A DNA stretch of 49,663 nucleotides from NCBI GenBank assembly GCA_049301075.1, contig JBAQKO010000064.1, forward strand, positions 1-49,663, given 5' to 3'. Positions 7,952-16,662 of this stretch are shown in pieces. Each line of letters opens with the position of its first letter. The first letter of the stretch is position 1. The position numbers and the translations under genes are program-made. The DNA comes from Rhodoferax sp. GTDB taxonomy: Bacteria > Pseudomonadota > Gammaproteobacteria > Burkholderiales > Burkholderiaceae_C. The notes under the pieces are model-generated. The model was not told the DNA's origin and ran no database searches. It saw nothing but the letters and a program-made list of their open reading frames with translations.

Positions 7952-7990
7952 AGTGTAGAGTGCCATGCGGTTTTTGATTGCTGCGATGCA
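7952..7990 (-). promoter_or_regulatory. Candidate patatin promoter: -10 TACACT plus PhaR-box-like TGCATCGCAGCA
   Basis: Minus-strand TACACT at 7957-7952 and TGCATCGCAGCA at 7990-7979, overlapping the expected -35 region. Confidence 0.4.
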
Positions 7991-8042
7991 ATAAGTCCAG
8001 GTGCGTCGACTGCGGTCGGTGACGGGGGCGGTGTCCTCTTGG

Positions 8043-8068
8043 AAAAAAGGGCGCCGCAGCGCCCCTTT
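8043..8068 (-). terminator. Rho-independent terminator of the phasin gene
   Basis: Minus strand GGGCGC-TGCG-GCGCCC-TTTTTT, just downstream of the phasin stop. Confidence 0.8.
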
Positions 8069-8090
8069 CCTCTACCCATTGCCGCGGCGG

Positions 8091-8654
8091 TTACTCGGCC
8101 TGTGTTGACGCTGCGGACTTGCTTGCGCCCGACCGTGTGGCCTTGCGGGCCGGTGCCGCGCGTTTGACTGCTGTCTTGACTGGCTTGCGGGCAACTGCTG
8201 GTTTGGCCTTGGGGGCTGCCGTTTTGGCGGCAGGGGCCTTGGTGGAAAGCTTTTGAACCGCCTTGTTCAGTTCATCAATGCGATCGATCAGGGCGTTGAC
8301 ATCCTTGGCGGAGGGGACGCCCAGTTTGTTCAGGGCTTTGGCCACGCGTTCTTCGAAAATATTTTCCAGTTTGTCCCACTGGCCGGATGCCTTGGCGGAG
8401 ATGTCGGTTGCCATGGTGGACATCTTGTTGGTGGCCTCGGAAATTTTTTCTTCCGCCGCGGCCTGGGTCTTGCGCTGGATGCTGATGCCTTCCTTGACCA
8501 GGGATTCAAAAGCTTTGGAACCCTCTGCCTGCGCCCGGGTGAAAGCGCCCAGCCCGGCTTGCCAGATTTGCTGCGCCGAGTCCTTGACCGAGCCGGACAG
8601 TTGGGCACCCGTTGCCTTGGTGGTGCCGGATTTCTTTTTGAGTTTGGTGACCAT
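8091..8654 (-). CDS. Phasin family granule-associated protein, PhaF-like, with Ala/Lys/Pro-rich tail
   Basis: IWQAGLGAF..EGSKAFESLVKEG, WDKLENIFEERVAKALNKLGVPS, a leucine-zipper-like segment and tail KAPAAKTAAPKAKPAVARKPVK; ATG 8654 after GGAG. Confidence 0.9.
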   Translation of the reverse strand: MVTKLKKKSGTTKATGAQLSGSVKDSAQQIWQAGLGAFTRAQAEGSKAFESLVKEGISIQRKTQAAAEEKISEATNKMSTMATDISAKASGQWDKLENIFEERVAKALNKLGVPSAKDVNALIDRIDELNKAVQKLSTKAPAAKTAAPKAKPAVARKPVKTAVKRAAPARKATRSGASKSAASTQAE

Positions 8655-8875
8655 GGGGAGCTCCAGGAAAAAATAGGGGTTGCGCGCGGGCGTGGGCATG
8701 ACATTCCACCCCGCGTGCTAACTTTACGCGCAGTACGGGTTCATGTTTAGGTGGGCTTTTCTAACTTGCGGTTTTCCCAATGGGAACATCCGTCTTGTCT
8801 AGGTTGTGTGCGGGTTTACGCTGAACATCCGTCGACGTAATTTGGGTAAGAATGCTCCCCTTAATGGGAGTGTGT

Positions 8876-10885
8876 ATGCAGTATTTTGTTACCGGCGCCA
8901 CCGGATTTATTGGTAAACGGCTTGTCAAGAAACTGCTGGAGCGCAAGGGTTCTGTAGTCTATTTTTTGCTTCGCCAGGAGAGCGCTGGGAAGGTAGATGA
9001 CTTGCGCGTTTTCTGGGGGTTGGGTGACGCCAAGAGTGCCGCGCGTGCGGTGCCCGTTTTCGGCGATTTAACCCGTAAAAAACTTGGCTTGGCAACGGAT
9101 GCCATCAAAGGGCTTAAGGGTCAGATTGACCACTTTTACCACCTGGCAGCGGTGTATGACCTGGGTGCCGACGAAGAGAGCCAGATTGCCGTCAACATCG
9201 AAGGCACGCGCAATGCCGTGGAGCTGGCCAAGGTCCTGGACGCCGGGCATTTCCACCATGTCTCCAGTATCGCGGCGGCCGGTCTCTACGAAGGGGTGTT
9301 CCGCGAGGATATGTTCGAGGAGGCCGAAAACTACGACCACCCTTACTTCATGACCAAGCACGAGAGCGAGAAAATCGTGCGCAAGGAATGCAAGGTACCG
9401 TGGTCGGTGTACCGCCCCGCCATGGTGGTCGGTGACAGCCGCACTGGCGAGATGGACAAGATCGACGGTCCCTACTACTTCTTCAAGCTCATCCAGCGCA
9501 TGCGCCAGTTGTTGCCGCCCTGGATGCCTGCTATCGGTCTGGAGGGGGGGCGTATCAATATCGTTCCGGTGGACTTTGTTGTCGACGCCTTGAGCGCCAT
9601 CAGCCACAAAACGGGTATCGACAAGAAGTGCTACCACCTGGTGGACCCGGTGGGTTACCGTGTGGGTGACGTGCTGGACATCTTTGGCAAGGCCGCGCAT
9701 GCACCGCGGATGAACCTGTTTGTCAACGCGGCTTTGCTGGGTTTTATTCCCCGCAGTGTCACCAAGAGCCTGATGGCGCTGGCGCCGGTGCGTCGCGTGC
9801 GTCACGCCATCATGAAAGACCTGAGCCTGCCCGAAGACATGCTCACGTTCGTGAACTACCCGACCCGTTTTGACTGCCGCGATGCGCAGGCCATGCTCAA
9901 GGGCACGGGCGTCGAGTGCCCCAATCTGAAAGACTATGCATGGCGCTTGTGGGACTACTGGGAGCGCCATCTGGATCCCGATCTGCACATCGACCGCTCG
10001 CTCAAGGGTACGGTGGCCGGCAAGGTGGTGCTGGTTACCGGGGGCTCTTCGGGTATTGGCTTGGCGGCAGCGCACAAGTTTGCCGAAGCCGGGGCCATTA
10101 CCCTCATCTGCGGGCGCGATGTGGACAAACTCGAGGAAGCTTGTAAAGAGGCCAAGGCCAAGGGTTACAGCTTCCGGGCCTATCCCGCGGATATTGCCGA
10201 CATGGTCGATTGCGATCGCTTTGTGAAACAGGTCATTGATGACCATGGCGGTGTGGATTTTCTGATCAACAACGCGGGCCGCTCCATTCGCCGGGCCATC
10301 GAGGGCAGCTACGACCGCTTCCATGACTACGAACGCACCATGCAGCTCAACTACTTCGGCTGCCTGCGTGTCACCATGGGTTTCCTGCCGGGCATGGTGG
10401 CCAAAAAGAAGGGGCATGTGGTCAACATCAGTTCGATTGGCGTGCTCACCAACGCCCCCCGCTTCAGTGCCTATGTAGCCTCCAAAGCGGCGCTGGACGC
10501 CTGGACCCGTTGCGCTTCCAGCGAGTTTGCCGACCAGGGCATCTCGTTTACCACCATCAACATGCCGTTGGTGCGCACGCCCATGATCGCGCCCACCAAC
10601 CTGTACAACAATGTGCCGACCTTGTCGCCAGAACAGGCGGCTGACATGGTGGCACAGGCCTGCATCTTCAAGCCGGTACGCATTGCCACCCGGCTGGGTA
10701 TCACGGGGCAGCTGATGCATGCCTTGGTGCCGCGCATTGCGCAGATTGCCATGAACACCAGCTTCCGCATGTTCCCCGACTCCACGGCAGCCAAGGGGCA
10801 GAAGCCGGGTGAGAAGCCGGTGAAACAGCAATTGTCCGCAGAGGCTATTGCCCTGCAGCAGATGATGCGGGGCATTCATTTCTGA
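8876..10885 (+). CDS. Two-domain fatty acyl-CoA reductase (alcohol-forming; Marinobacter Maqu_2507 type)
   Basis: N-terminal extended SDR (TGATGFIG, YFMTK) fused to an Acr1-like classical SDR (TGGSSGIG, NNAGRSIRR, YVASK); ATG 8876 after GGGAG. Confidence 0.9.
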   Translation: MQYFVTGATGFIGKRLVKKLLERKGSVVYFLLRQESAGKVDDLRVFWGLGDAKSAARAVPVFGDLTRKKLGLATDAIKGLKGQIDHFYHLAAVYDLGADEESQIAVNIEGTRNAVELAKVLDAGHFHHVSSIAAAGLYEGVFREDMFEEAENYDHPYFMTKHESEKIVRKECKVPWSVYRPAMVVGDSRTGEMDKIDGPYYFFKLIQRMRQLLPPWMPAIGLEGGRINIVPVDFVVDALSAISHKTGIDKKCYHLVDPVGYRVGDVLDIFGKAAHAPRMNLFVNAALLGFIPRSVTKSLMALAPVRRVRHAIMKDLSLPEDMLTFVNYPTRFDCRDAQAMLKGTGVECPNLKDYAWRLWDYWERHLDPDLHIDRSLKGTVAGKVVLVTGGSSGIGLAAAHKFAEAGAITLICGRDVDKLEEACKEAKAKGYSFRAYPADIADMVDCDRFVKQVIDDHGGVDFLINNAGRSIRRAIEGSYDRFHDYERTMQLNYFGCLRVTMGFLPGMVAKKKGHVVNISSIGVLTNAPRFSAYVASKAALDAWTRCASSEFADQGISFTTINMPLVRTPMIAPTNLYNNVPTLSPEQAADMVAQACIFKPVRIATRLGITGQLMHALVPRIAQIAMNTSFRMFPDSTAAKGQKPGEKPVKQQLSAEAIALQQMMRGIHF

Positions 10886-10985
10886 GGTGTGCCGACGGCG
10901 GCGCTGCATAGAGGTTGGGGTGAACGTGTGAGAGAAAGGCTGCAACTTACAATGCAGTCATGCACTCGATTTCCCAACCTCCGGC

Positions 10986-12431
10986 ATGATCCATCCCGTC
11001 ATTCTCTGTGGTGGCAGCGGTACCCGCCTGTGGCCGCTGTCGCGCAAAGCTTTCCCTAAGCAATTCATCCCCCTGTTGGCAGGAAAGTCGCTGCTCCAGC
11101 TCACGCTGGAGCGTGTAGCGCCTCTGCTGGAGGGATCTGCTGACGGCATCATCTGTGTGTCGTCCGAAGAGCACCGCTTTCTGGTCGCGGAGGCGGCCGC
11201 AGAAGCGAATGTGACCGTGCGTCAGATACTGGAGCCACAGCCCAAGAACACCGCCGCCGCCATGGCGCTGGCCGCACTTACGGCCACACCGGATGCCCTG
11301 CTGCTGTTTTGTCCTGCCGATCACCATATTCCCCATATTCAGACTTTCGTGGATATGGTGCGCGGGGCGCAGTCGGCCGCTCGCGCCGGGCGGTTGGTCA
11401 CCTTTGGCGTCGTACCCAGCTTTCCCAGTACGGCTTATGGGTACATCCAGAAGGGGACGCCAAGGGATGACGGTGGGTTTGTGGTTGCGCAGTTCGTGGA
11501 AAAACCTGCGCAGGACCGGGCGCTGGAGCTTTTGGCAAGTGGTCAGTATTTGTGGAATGCCGGCATCTTCCTGGCGCGTGCCCAAACGCTGATCGACGCG
11601 TTGCAGACGCATGCGCCCGATATTCTGGAGGTTTGCCGCCAAGCCATGCGGCAACCCCAGCAGGACGGTTCCTTCACCCGCCCGGATGCGCAGGCGTTCG
11701 CCACGTGCCGTAGCCAGTCCATCGACTACGCGGTGATGGAGCCGCTCTCGCAACAGCCAGCCCTCGCCCAAAGTGAGGGCGGCATTTCCGTCTTCCCCTT
11801 TACTGGCGAATGGAATGATGTCGGCAGTTGGAACGCCGTGGCCGATCTGGCGCAAGCCGACGCGCAAGGCAACCGCAGCGGTGGCGAGGCCGAGCGGGCG
11901 CACCACCTGCACGCCAGCAGCACCTACATTCATGCCGCCGGCCAACGTCCCGTGGTGGCGCTGGGCACCAAGAACCTGCTCATCATCGATACACCGGATG
12001 CCGTGCTGGTGGTCGATGCTGCGTACGCCGAAGGCGTCAAGGAAGTAGTGGCACGGCTGGAGGCGCTGGATGCCTCGCAGGCCGTGCAGCACCGCCGTGT
12101 GGCCCGCCCCTGGGGGTGGTATGACGGTGTGGACGTCGGTCTGCGCCACCAGGTCAAGCGCATCTGCGTCAAACCTGGGGCCTCGTTGTCACTGCAGATG
12201 CACCATCATCGTGCTGAACATTGGGTGGTGGTCAGCGGTACCGCCGAAGTCACCAACGGGGACAAGGTCACGGTGCTGAGCGAAAATCAGAGCACGTTCA
12301 TCCCCTTGGGGCAAATCCACCGGCTGGCTAACCCGGGCAAGGTGCCGCTGGAAATCATTGAGGTCCAGAGCGGTTCGTATTTGGGAGAGGATGACATTGT
12401 TCGGTTTGAGGATTCTTACGGCAGAAGATGA
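10986..12431 (+). CDS. manC: Mannose-1-phosphate guanylyltransferase / mannose-6-phosphate isomerase
   Basis: PVILCGGSGTRLWPLSR, PKQF, FVEKP, WNAGIF, SIDYAVME, DVGSW, RPWG, SLQMHHHRAEHW, EVQSGSYLGEDDIVRFED. Confidence 0.95.
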   Translation: MIHPVILCGGSGTRLWPLSRKAFPKQFIPLLAGKSLLQLTLERVAPLLEGSADGIICVSSEEHRFLVAEAAAEANVTVRQILEPQPKNTAAAMALAALTATPDALLLFCPADHHIPHIQTFVDMVRGAQSAARAGRLVTFGVVPSFPSTAYGYIQKGTPRDDGGFVVAQFVEKPAQDRALELLASGQYLWNAGIFLARAQTLIDALQTHAPDILEVCRQAMRQPQQDGSFTRPDAQAFATCRSQSIDYAVMEPLSQQPALAQSEGGISVFPFTGEWNDVGSWNAVADLAQADAQGNRSGGEAERAHHLHASSTYIHAAGQRPVVALGTKNLLIIDTPDAVLVVDAAYAEGVKEVVARLEALDASQAVQHRRVARPWGWYDGVDVGLRHQVKRICVKPGASLSLQMHHHRAEHWVVVSGTAEVTNGDKVTVLSENQSTFIPLGQIHRLANPGKVPLEIIEVQSGSYLGEDDIVRFEDSYGRR

Positions 12432-12566
12432 TGCGAAGGGTAAATTGAACCGCTAGGCGGTAAGATTGGGCTCTTTTACGTGTTGTTCCGAATGACTTGG
12501 CGCAATGAACGCAGCATCAAAACAACAGAAAAAATCTCGTATGGTTTGATGCGAGTAGATCAATGA

Positions 12567-14381
12567 ATGGCATTCACCGCTACATCTGGTAATAACCTGT
12601 CGAATTTGCTGCGGCGTCTCTGGCTTCATATCGGAGCGCGTCGCCGGCGTCAGTTCGTGTTGCTGATGGGGCTCATGTTGGCGAGCGCACTTGCCGAGGT
12701 CGTCAGTTTGGGGGCGGTACTGCCTTTTCTCGGCATACTCACTGCGCCAGAAGTTGTGCTGAAGGCCCCCCTAATTGAAAAAATAGCGCTTGTTTGGGGC
12801 ATCAAGTCGGCAGAAGAATTGGTGTTTCCCTTGACGGTGGCTTTTGCTGGTGTCGCCCTGCTCGCGGGTGCGTTGCGTATTCTGCTTCTGTGGGCGACCA
12901 CCCGTGTGGCCTATGCAGCCGGTTCCGATCTCAGCATTGAGCTTTACCGGCGGACGCTCTACCAGCCCTACCGGGTGCACGCTAGTCGAAACACCAGCAC
13001 GGTGCTGAGCGGGATCGGAAAGGTTGGGGGGGCGATGAACATCCTGTCCCAATGCCTTATGCTGATCAGCGCCGCGGTGCTGTTGTTGGCGATTACGGCC
13101 GCTCTAGTCGCGGTGAATCCGGTTGTTGCATCGATTTCCATTGCCGGGTTTGGCGCCAGTTACGGCCTGATTACGTGGGTGACTCGCAAGCGGCTACACC
13201 GCAACAGTCAACTCATCGCAGCAGAGCAGACACGTGTATTCAAGTCAATCCAAGAAGGCTTGGGGGGCATCCGGGACGTTCTCCTGGATGGAACGCAGCC
13301 TGTCTATTGCGATGCCTATCGCCGGGCTGATTTACCATTGCGTCGAGGGCAGGGGAGCAATGTGTTTATTGCGGGGAGCCCGCGTTTCGCCATGGAGGCC
13401 GTGGGCATGGTCCTGATCGCTACTTTGGCCTACGCATTGAGTCGCCAAGCTGGCGGAATATCGAGTGCTCTTCCTGTGCTGGGGGCATTAGCGCTCGGCG
13501 CGCAGCGCCTGCTGCCAGCCCTGCAGCAGGGATTCAGCGCGTGGGCCACGATAATCGGCAATCAGGCATCCTTGGCCGACACTATTGAATTACTGGATCA
13601 ACCGGTGCATGCCGAGTTATTGGAGCCCGCTCCTGAACCGCTGGTATTCCGGGATGCCATTCGATTCGACGCGGTTCACTTTCACTATGGCGACGACGGC
13701 CCGCTGGTGCTGAAGAATTTTAATTTGCTGATTCCAAAAGGCGCGCGAGTCGGTTTTGTGGGCGCTACGGGCAGCGGCAAGAGCTCCGCATTGGACTTGC
13801 TGATGGGGTTGCTGGAGCCCTCCCGGGGGGAGGTCCTGGTCGATGGCCTGCCCATAACAGGCCGTCGGCTGCGGGCTTGGCAGCGCACCATTGCGCATGT
13901 GCCGCAGAGTATTTATCTCGCGGATGCAAGCGTGGCTGAAAACATAGCGCTGGGGGTACCACTTGAACAGATTGATCTTGATCGCGTGAAATTGGCTGCG
14001 CGCCAGGCGCAGATTGCCGACTTTGTGGAGAGTCGTCCCGAGGGGTATTTCGCCCAGGTCGGTGAGCGTGGTATTCGACTTTCTGGCGGGCAGCGTCAGC
14101 GGGTTGGCATCGCGCGCGCGCTGTACAAACAGGCGAGTGTGCTGGTGTTCGACGAGGCGACCAGCGCGCTGGACAACATCACGGAACAGTCCTTGATGGA
14201 CGCGATCGATGCGCTCAACCGCGATCTCACGATCCTCATAATTGCCCACAGGCTAACGACGGTGCGGCGGTGCGACCTCATTGTCGAGGTGCGGGAGGGG
14301 CGCATCGTGGCGCAGGGCACTTTCGACCAACTGATCGAAATGAGTTCAAGCTTTCGCCGAATGGCGAACGAGGAAGCCTGA
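12567..14381 (+). CDS. ABC exporter, fused TMD-NBD (PglK/HetA-like, glycan-locus associated)
   Basis: About six TM helices, then GATGSGKS, VPQ, LSGGQRQR, FDEATSALD, IAHRL. Confidence 0.9.
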   Translation: MAFTATSGNNLSNLLRRLWLHIGARRRRQFVLLMGLMLASALAEVVSLGAVLPFLGILTAPEVVLKAPLIEKIALVWGIKSAEELVFPLTVAFAGVALLAGALRILLLWATTRVAYAAGSDLSIELYRRTLYQPYRVHASRNTSTVLSGIGKVGGAMNILSQCLMLISAAVLLLAITAALVAVNPVVASISIAGFGASYGLITWVTRKRLHRNSQLIAAEQTRVFKSIQEGLGGIRDVLLDGTQPVYCDAYRRADLPLRRGQGSNVFIAGSPRFAMEAVGMVLIATLAYALSRQAGGISSALPVLGALALGAQRLLPALQQGFSAWATIIGNQASLADTIELLDQPVHAELLEPAPEPLVFRDAIRFDAVHFHYGDDGPLVLKNFNLLIPKGARVGFVGATGSGKSSALDLLMGLLEPSRGEVLVDGLPITGRRLRAWQRTIAHVPQSIYLADASVAENIALGVPLEQIDLDRVKLAARQAQIADFVESRPEGYFAQVGERGIRLSGGQRQRVGIARALYKQASVLVFDEATSALDNITEQSLMDAIDALNRDLTILIIAHRLTTVRRCDLIVEVREGRIVAQGTFDQLIEMSSSFRRMANEEA

Positions 14382-14569
14382 TGTGCTTGAGCGGGCGGTG
14401 ATCTGGCTAGAGCATGAAAACGAGCGCATCTCAACCTCGATCGGGGGCGTATTGATTCGTCTTGTCGCATGCCTTGGGGGCAAGCTTGAATGGATGTCTG
14501 TGCGCTCGGTGGCGGGCGGGCTGGGGCCAAGAGCTGCAAGTCATTTACTGATCGGTGAAAGTCGGGCAC

Positions 14570-15280
14570 ATGGTTAGGCTGCTCGTCCTCGCGGGAGGAT
14601 TCGGAACGCGTCTGCGCTCGGCGGTAGCCGAAGTGCCCAAACCTCTTGCGCCGGTGAACGGGCGCCCTTACTTACAATACTTGATTGAAAGCTGGGTTGA
14701 GCAAGGAGTGTCCGAGTTGACTTTTCTGTTGCATTACCAGGCTGAAATGATTGCCGATTTCCTGCTGGCGCAGCAGCGTACAGGTAGCCTTGGGGGGTGC
14801 GCCCTGAAAACGGTGGTTGAGCCCCGGCCCCTGGGTACTGGCGGTGCAATTGCCTTTGCGGTCAGGGAATTGAAAATGGCAGGCACATTTCTGGTTGCGA
14901 ATGCAGATACCTGGATTGGATCTGGTATTCAGCAGCTCGTTCTTTCGGATGCACCAAGCATGGCGGCGGTCAAGGTAGAGAACTCGGAGCGATACGGGAG
15001 TGTTCAAATAGAAAACAATAAAGTAGTTACATTCAAAGAGAAGCAGGAAAGTACCGGCCCGGGATGGATCAATGCCGGTCTGTATCACCTGGACTGCAGT
15101 GCGTTTCAGCGCTGGAACGGTGAGCCATACTCTGTGGAGCGGGATCTGTTCCCCTTTCTTGCGGATAGTCGTCAATTGAATGCTGTTGCGCTAAGCACCG
15201 ACTTTATCGACATCGGCATTCCGCAGGACTATTTCCGTTTCTGCCGCTGGATTGAATCTGGAAAAACGGGGGAGCTGTGA
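14570..15280 (+). CDS. hddC: D-glycero-alpha-D-manno-heptose 1-phosphate guanylyltransferase-like nucleotidyltransferase
   Basis: LAGGFGTRLR, PKPLAPVNGRP, PLGTGGA, INAGLY, FIDIGIPQDY; adjacent to hddA and gmhA. Confidence 0.8.
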   Translation: MVRLLVLAGGFGTRLRSAVAEVPKPLAPVNGRPYLQYLIESWVEQGVSELTFLLHYQAEMIADFLLAQQRTGSLGGCALKTVVEPRPLGTGGAIAFAVRELKMAGTFLVANADTWIGSGIQQLVLSDAPSMAAVKVENSERYGSVQIENNKVVTFKEKQESTGPGWINAGLYHLDCSAFQRWNGEPYSVERDLFPFLADSRQLNAVALSTDFIDIGIPQDYFRFCRWIESGKTGEL

Positions 15281-16662
15281 ACCTGGACATTTTTTTAATT
15301 TCCCAGAGTGCGCCATTGCGCGATGCTCTGCAGAAAATCAGCGCCAATCATCATGGAATTATCATGGTGACCGACTCTGATGGGGCCGTGATTGGCGTTG
15401 CCACCGACGGCGATATTCGCCAGCGCTTGATTGAGGGCGCCCCAATTTCCGAAATGGTCGGGGCGTTTTCCAACAAAAATTTTGTGTGGGCCGATGAAGC
15501 GACGCCGCGGGAGGTTTTGCTCAAGCAGTTGGACCACCATATTCGCGTGATTCCGCTGCTCGACAGCCGGCGGCGACTCGCCGGCATCGTCAGCCGCGAC
15601 CATTTTCCGGTCCCGGACGAAGAACCCACCTATGCGCGGGCTCGCTCGCCGGTGCGAATCAGCTTTGGCGGTGGTGGTTCTGATCTCACGCATTATTTCG
15701 CTGGCGAGAATGGCGCCGTTATCAACACCACGATCTCTTTGTACAGCCATGCGACGATGCGTGTGCGCAACGACAAGAAGATCATCATCCACTCTCGCGA
15801 TCTCGGCCAATCCCTGTATGCGGATGATCTGGCGAGAGCTTTGGTGCAGCCGGGGCGGTTCGGCCTTATTCAAGCACTGCTCAAGGCGGTGCATCCGGAG
15901 TTTGGTTTTGAGTTGTACCTGAACTCGGATTTTCCGATGAACTCCGGCCTGGGTGGTTCCGCGGTCATTTCGGCCGCCATTCTGGGGTGCTTTAACCAGT
16001 TTCGGCAGGACAAATGGGATCTCCATGAGTTGGCCGAGCTGGCCTTCCAGGCGGAGCGCCTGTATCTGGGCGTGGCTGGTGGGTGGCAGGACCAATACGC
16101 GACAGTATTTGGCGGTTTCAACTTCATGGAATTCAGGATGGATCAGAATATTGTTCATCCGCTGCGCATTCATTCCGATGTCCTGCTTGAGCTGGAAGAA
16201 AGCCTGGTTCTATGTGATACCGGCACGCCACATGACTCCGGTGATATCCATCAGGATCAGCACCAACATATGCAGCAGGAAGCGATCCGCCAGAAGGTGC
16301 AGTCGAATGTGGAGCTGACCTACCGGATGCGCAACCATCTGCTGCGTGGCAGGCTGTTCCAGTTTGGACAATCCTTGCATGAGGCCTGGCAGTACAAACG
16401 CCAGTTCAGCAATAAGATATCAAATGAGCGACTGGACCGCATCTACGACAATTCACTGCGCAATGGCGCTATCGGCGGTAAGCTCCTTGGCGCTGGCGGC
16501 GGCGGTTTCTTTCTGTTTTATGCCCCGCCGTTCCAGAAGCATCTTCTGATCGATTACCTTGGCGCGGAGGGGTTGAATGTTCGTCCATTCCGGTTCGAGC
16601 AGGATGGCTTGCGCGCATGGTCGGCCCGGGAACGTAAAAATCAGGTGGAAATCGAGACCTAA
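15277..16662 (+). CDS. hddA: Heptose-7-phosphate kinase (GHMP family) with N-terminal CBS pair
   Basis: About 110-aa CBS pair (GVATDGDIR), then SPVRISFGGGGSD, SGLGGS, GGWQDQYA, GKLLGAGGGGF. Confidence 0.88.
   Translation: MNLDIFLISQSAPLRDALQKISANHHGIIMVTDSDGAVIGVATDGDIRQRLIEGAPISEMVGAFSNKNFVWADEATPREVLLKQLDHHIRVIPLLDSRRRLAGIVSRDHFPVPDEEPTYARARSPVRISFGGGGSDLTHYFAGENGAVINTTISLYSHATMRVRNDKKIIIHSRDLGQSLYADDLARALVQPGRFGLIQALLKAVHPEFGFELYLNSDFPMNSGLGGSAVISAAILGCFNQFRQDKWDLHELAELAFQAERLYLGVAGGWQDQYATVFGGFNFMEFRMDQNIVHPLRIHSDVLLELEESLVLCDTGTPHDSGDIHQDQHQHMQQEAIRQKVQSNVELTYRMRNHLLRGRLFQFGQSLHEAWQYKRQFSNKISNERLDRIYDNSLRNGAIGGKLLGAGGGGFFLFYAPPFQKHLLIDYLGAEGLNVRPFRFEQDGLRAWSARERKNQVEIET

Noticed and set aside
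9068..10945. 625-aa antisense ORF (also 957-2222, 10947-12149, 24367-25362, 26555-27640 and others)
   Set aside because: Shadow frames opposite well-supported genes. High GC3 removes antisense stops, and the translations show no recognisable motifs.
10940..10957. TACAAT inside CTGCA-N8-TGCAG upstream of manC
   Set aside because: A plausible -10, but there is no convincing -35 and the short palindrome could be chance.
12456..12468. ops/JUMPStart-like GGCGGTAAGATTG upstream of the long glycan operon
   Set aside because: It deviates from GGCGGTAGnnTG, the rest of JUMPStart is absent, and GGCGGTAG also occurs inside CDSs here (for example at 14620). The position is suggestive but insufficient.
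14383..14577. 64-aa ORF between the ABC exporter and hddC
   Set aside because: No motif or clear RBS; probably spacer or a decayed remnant.
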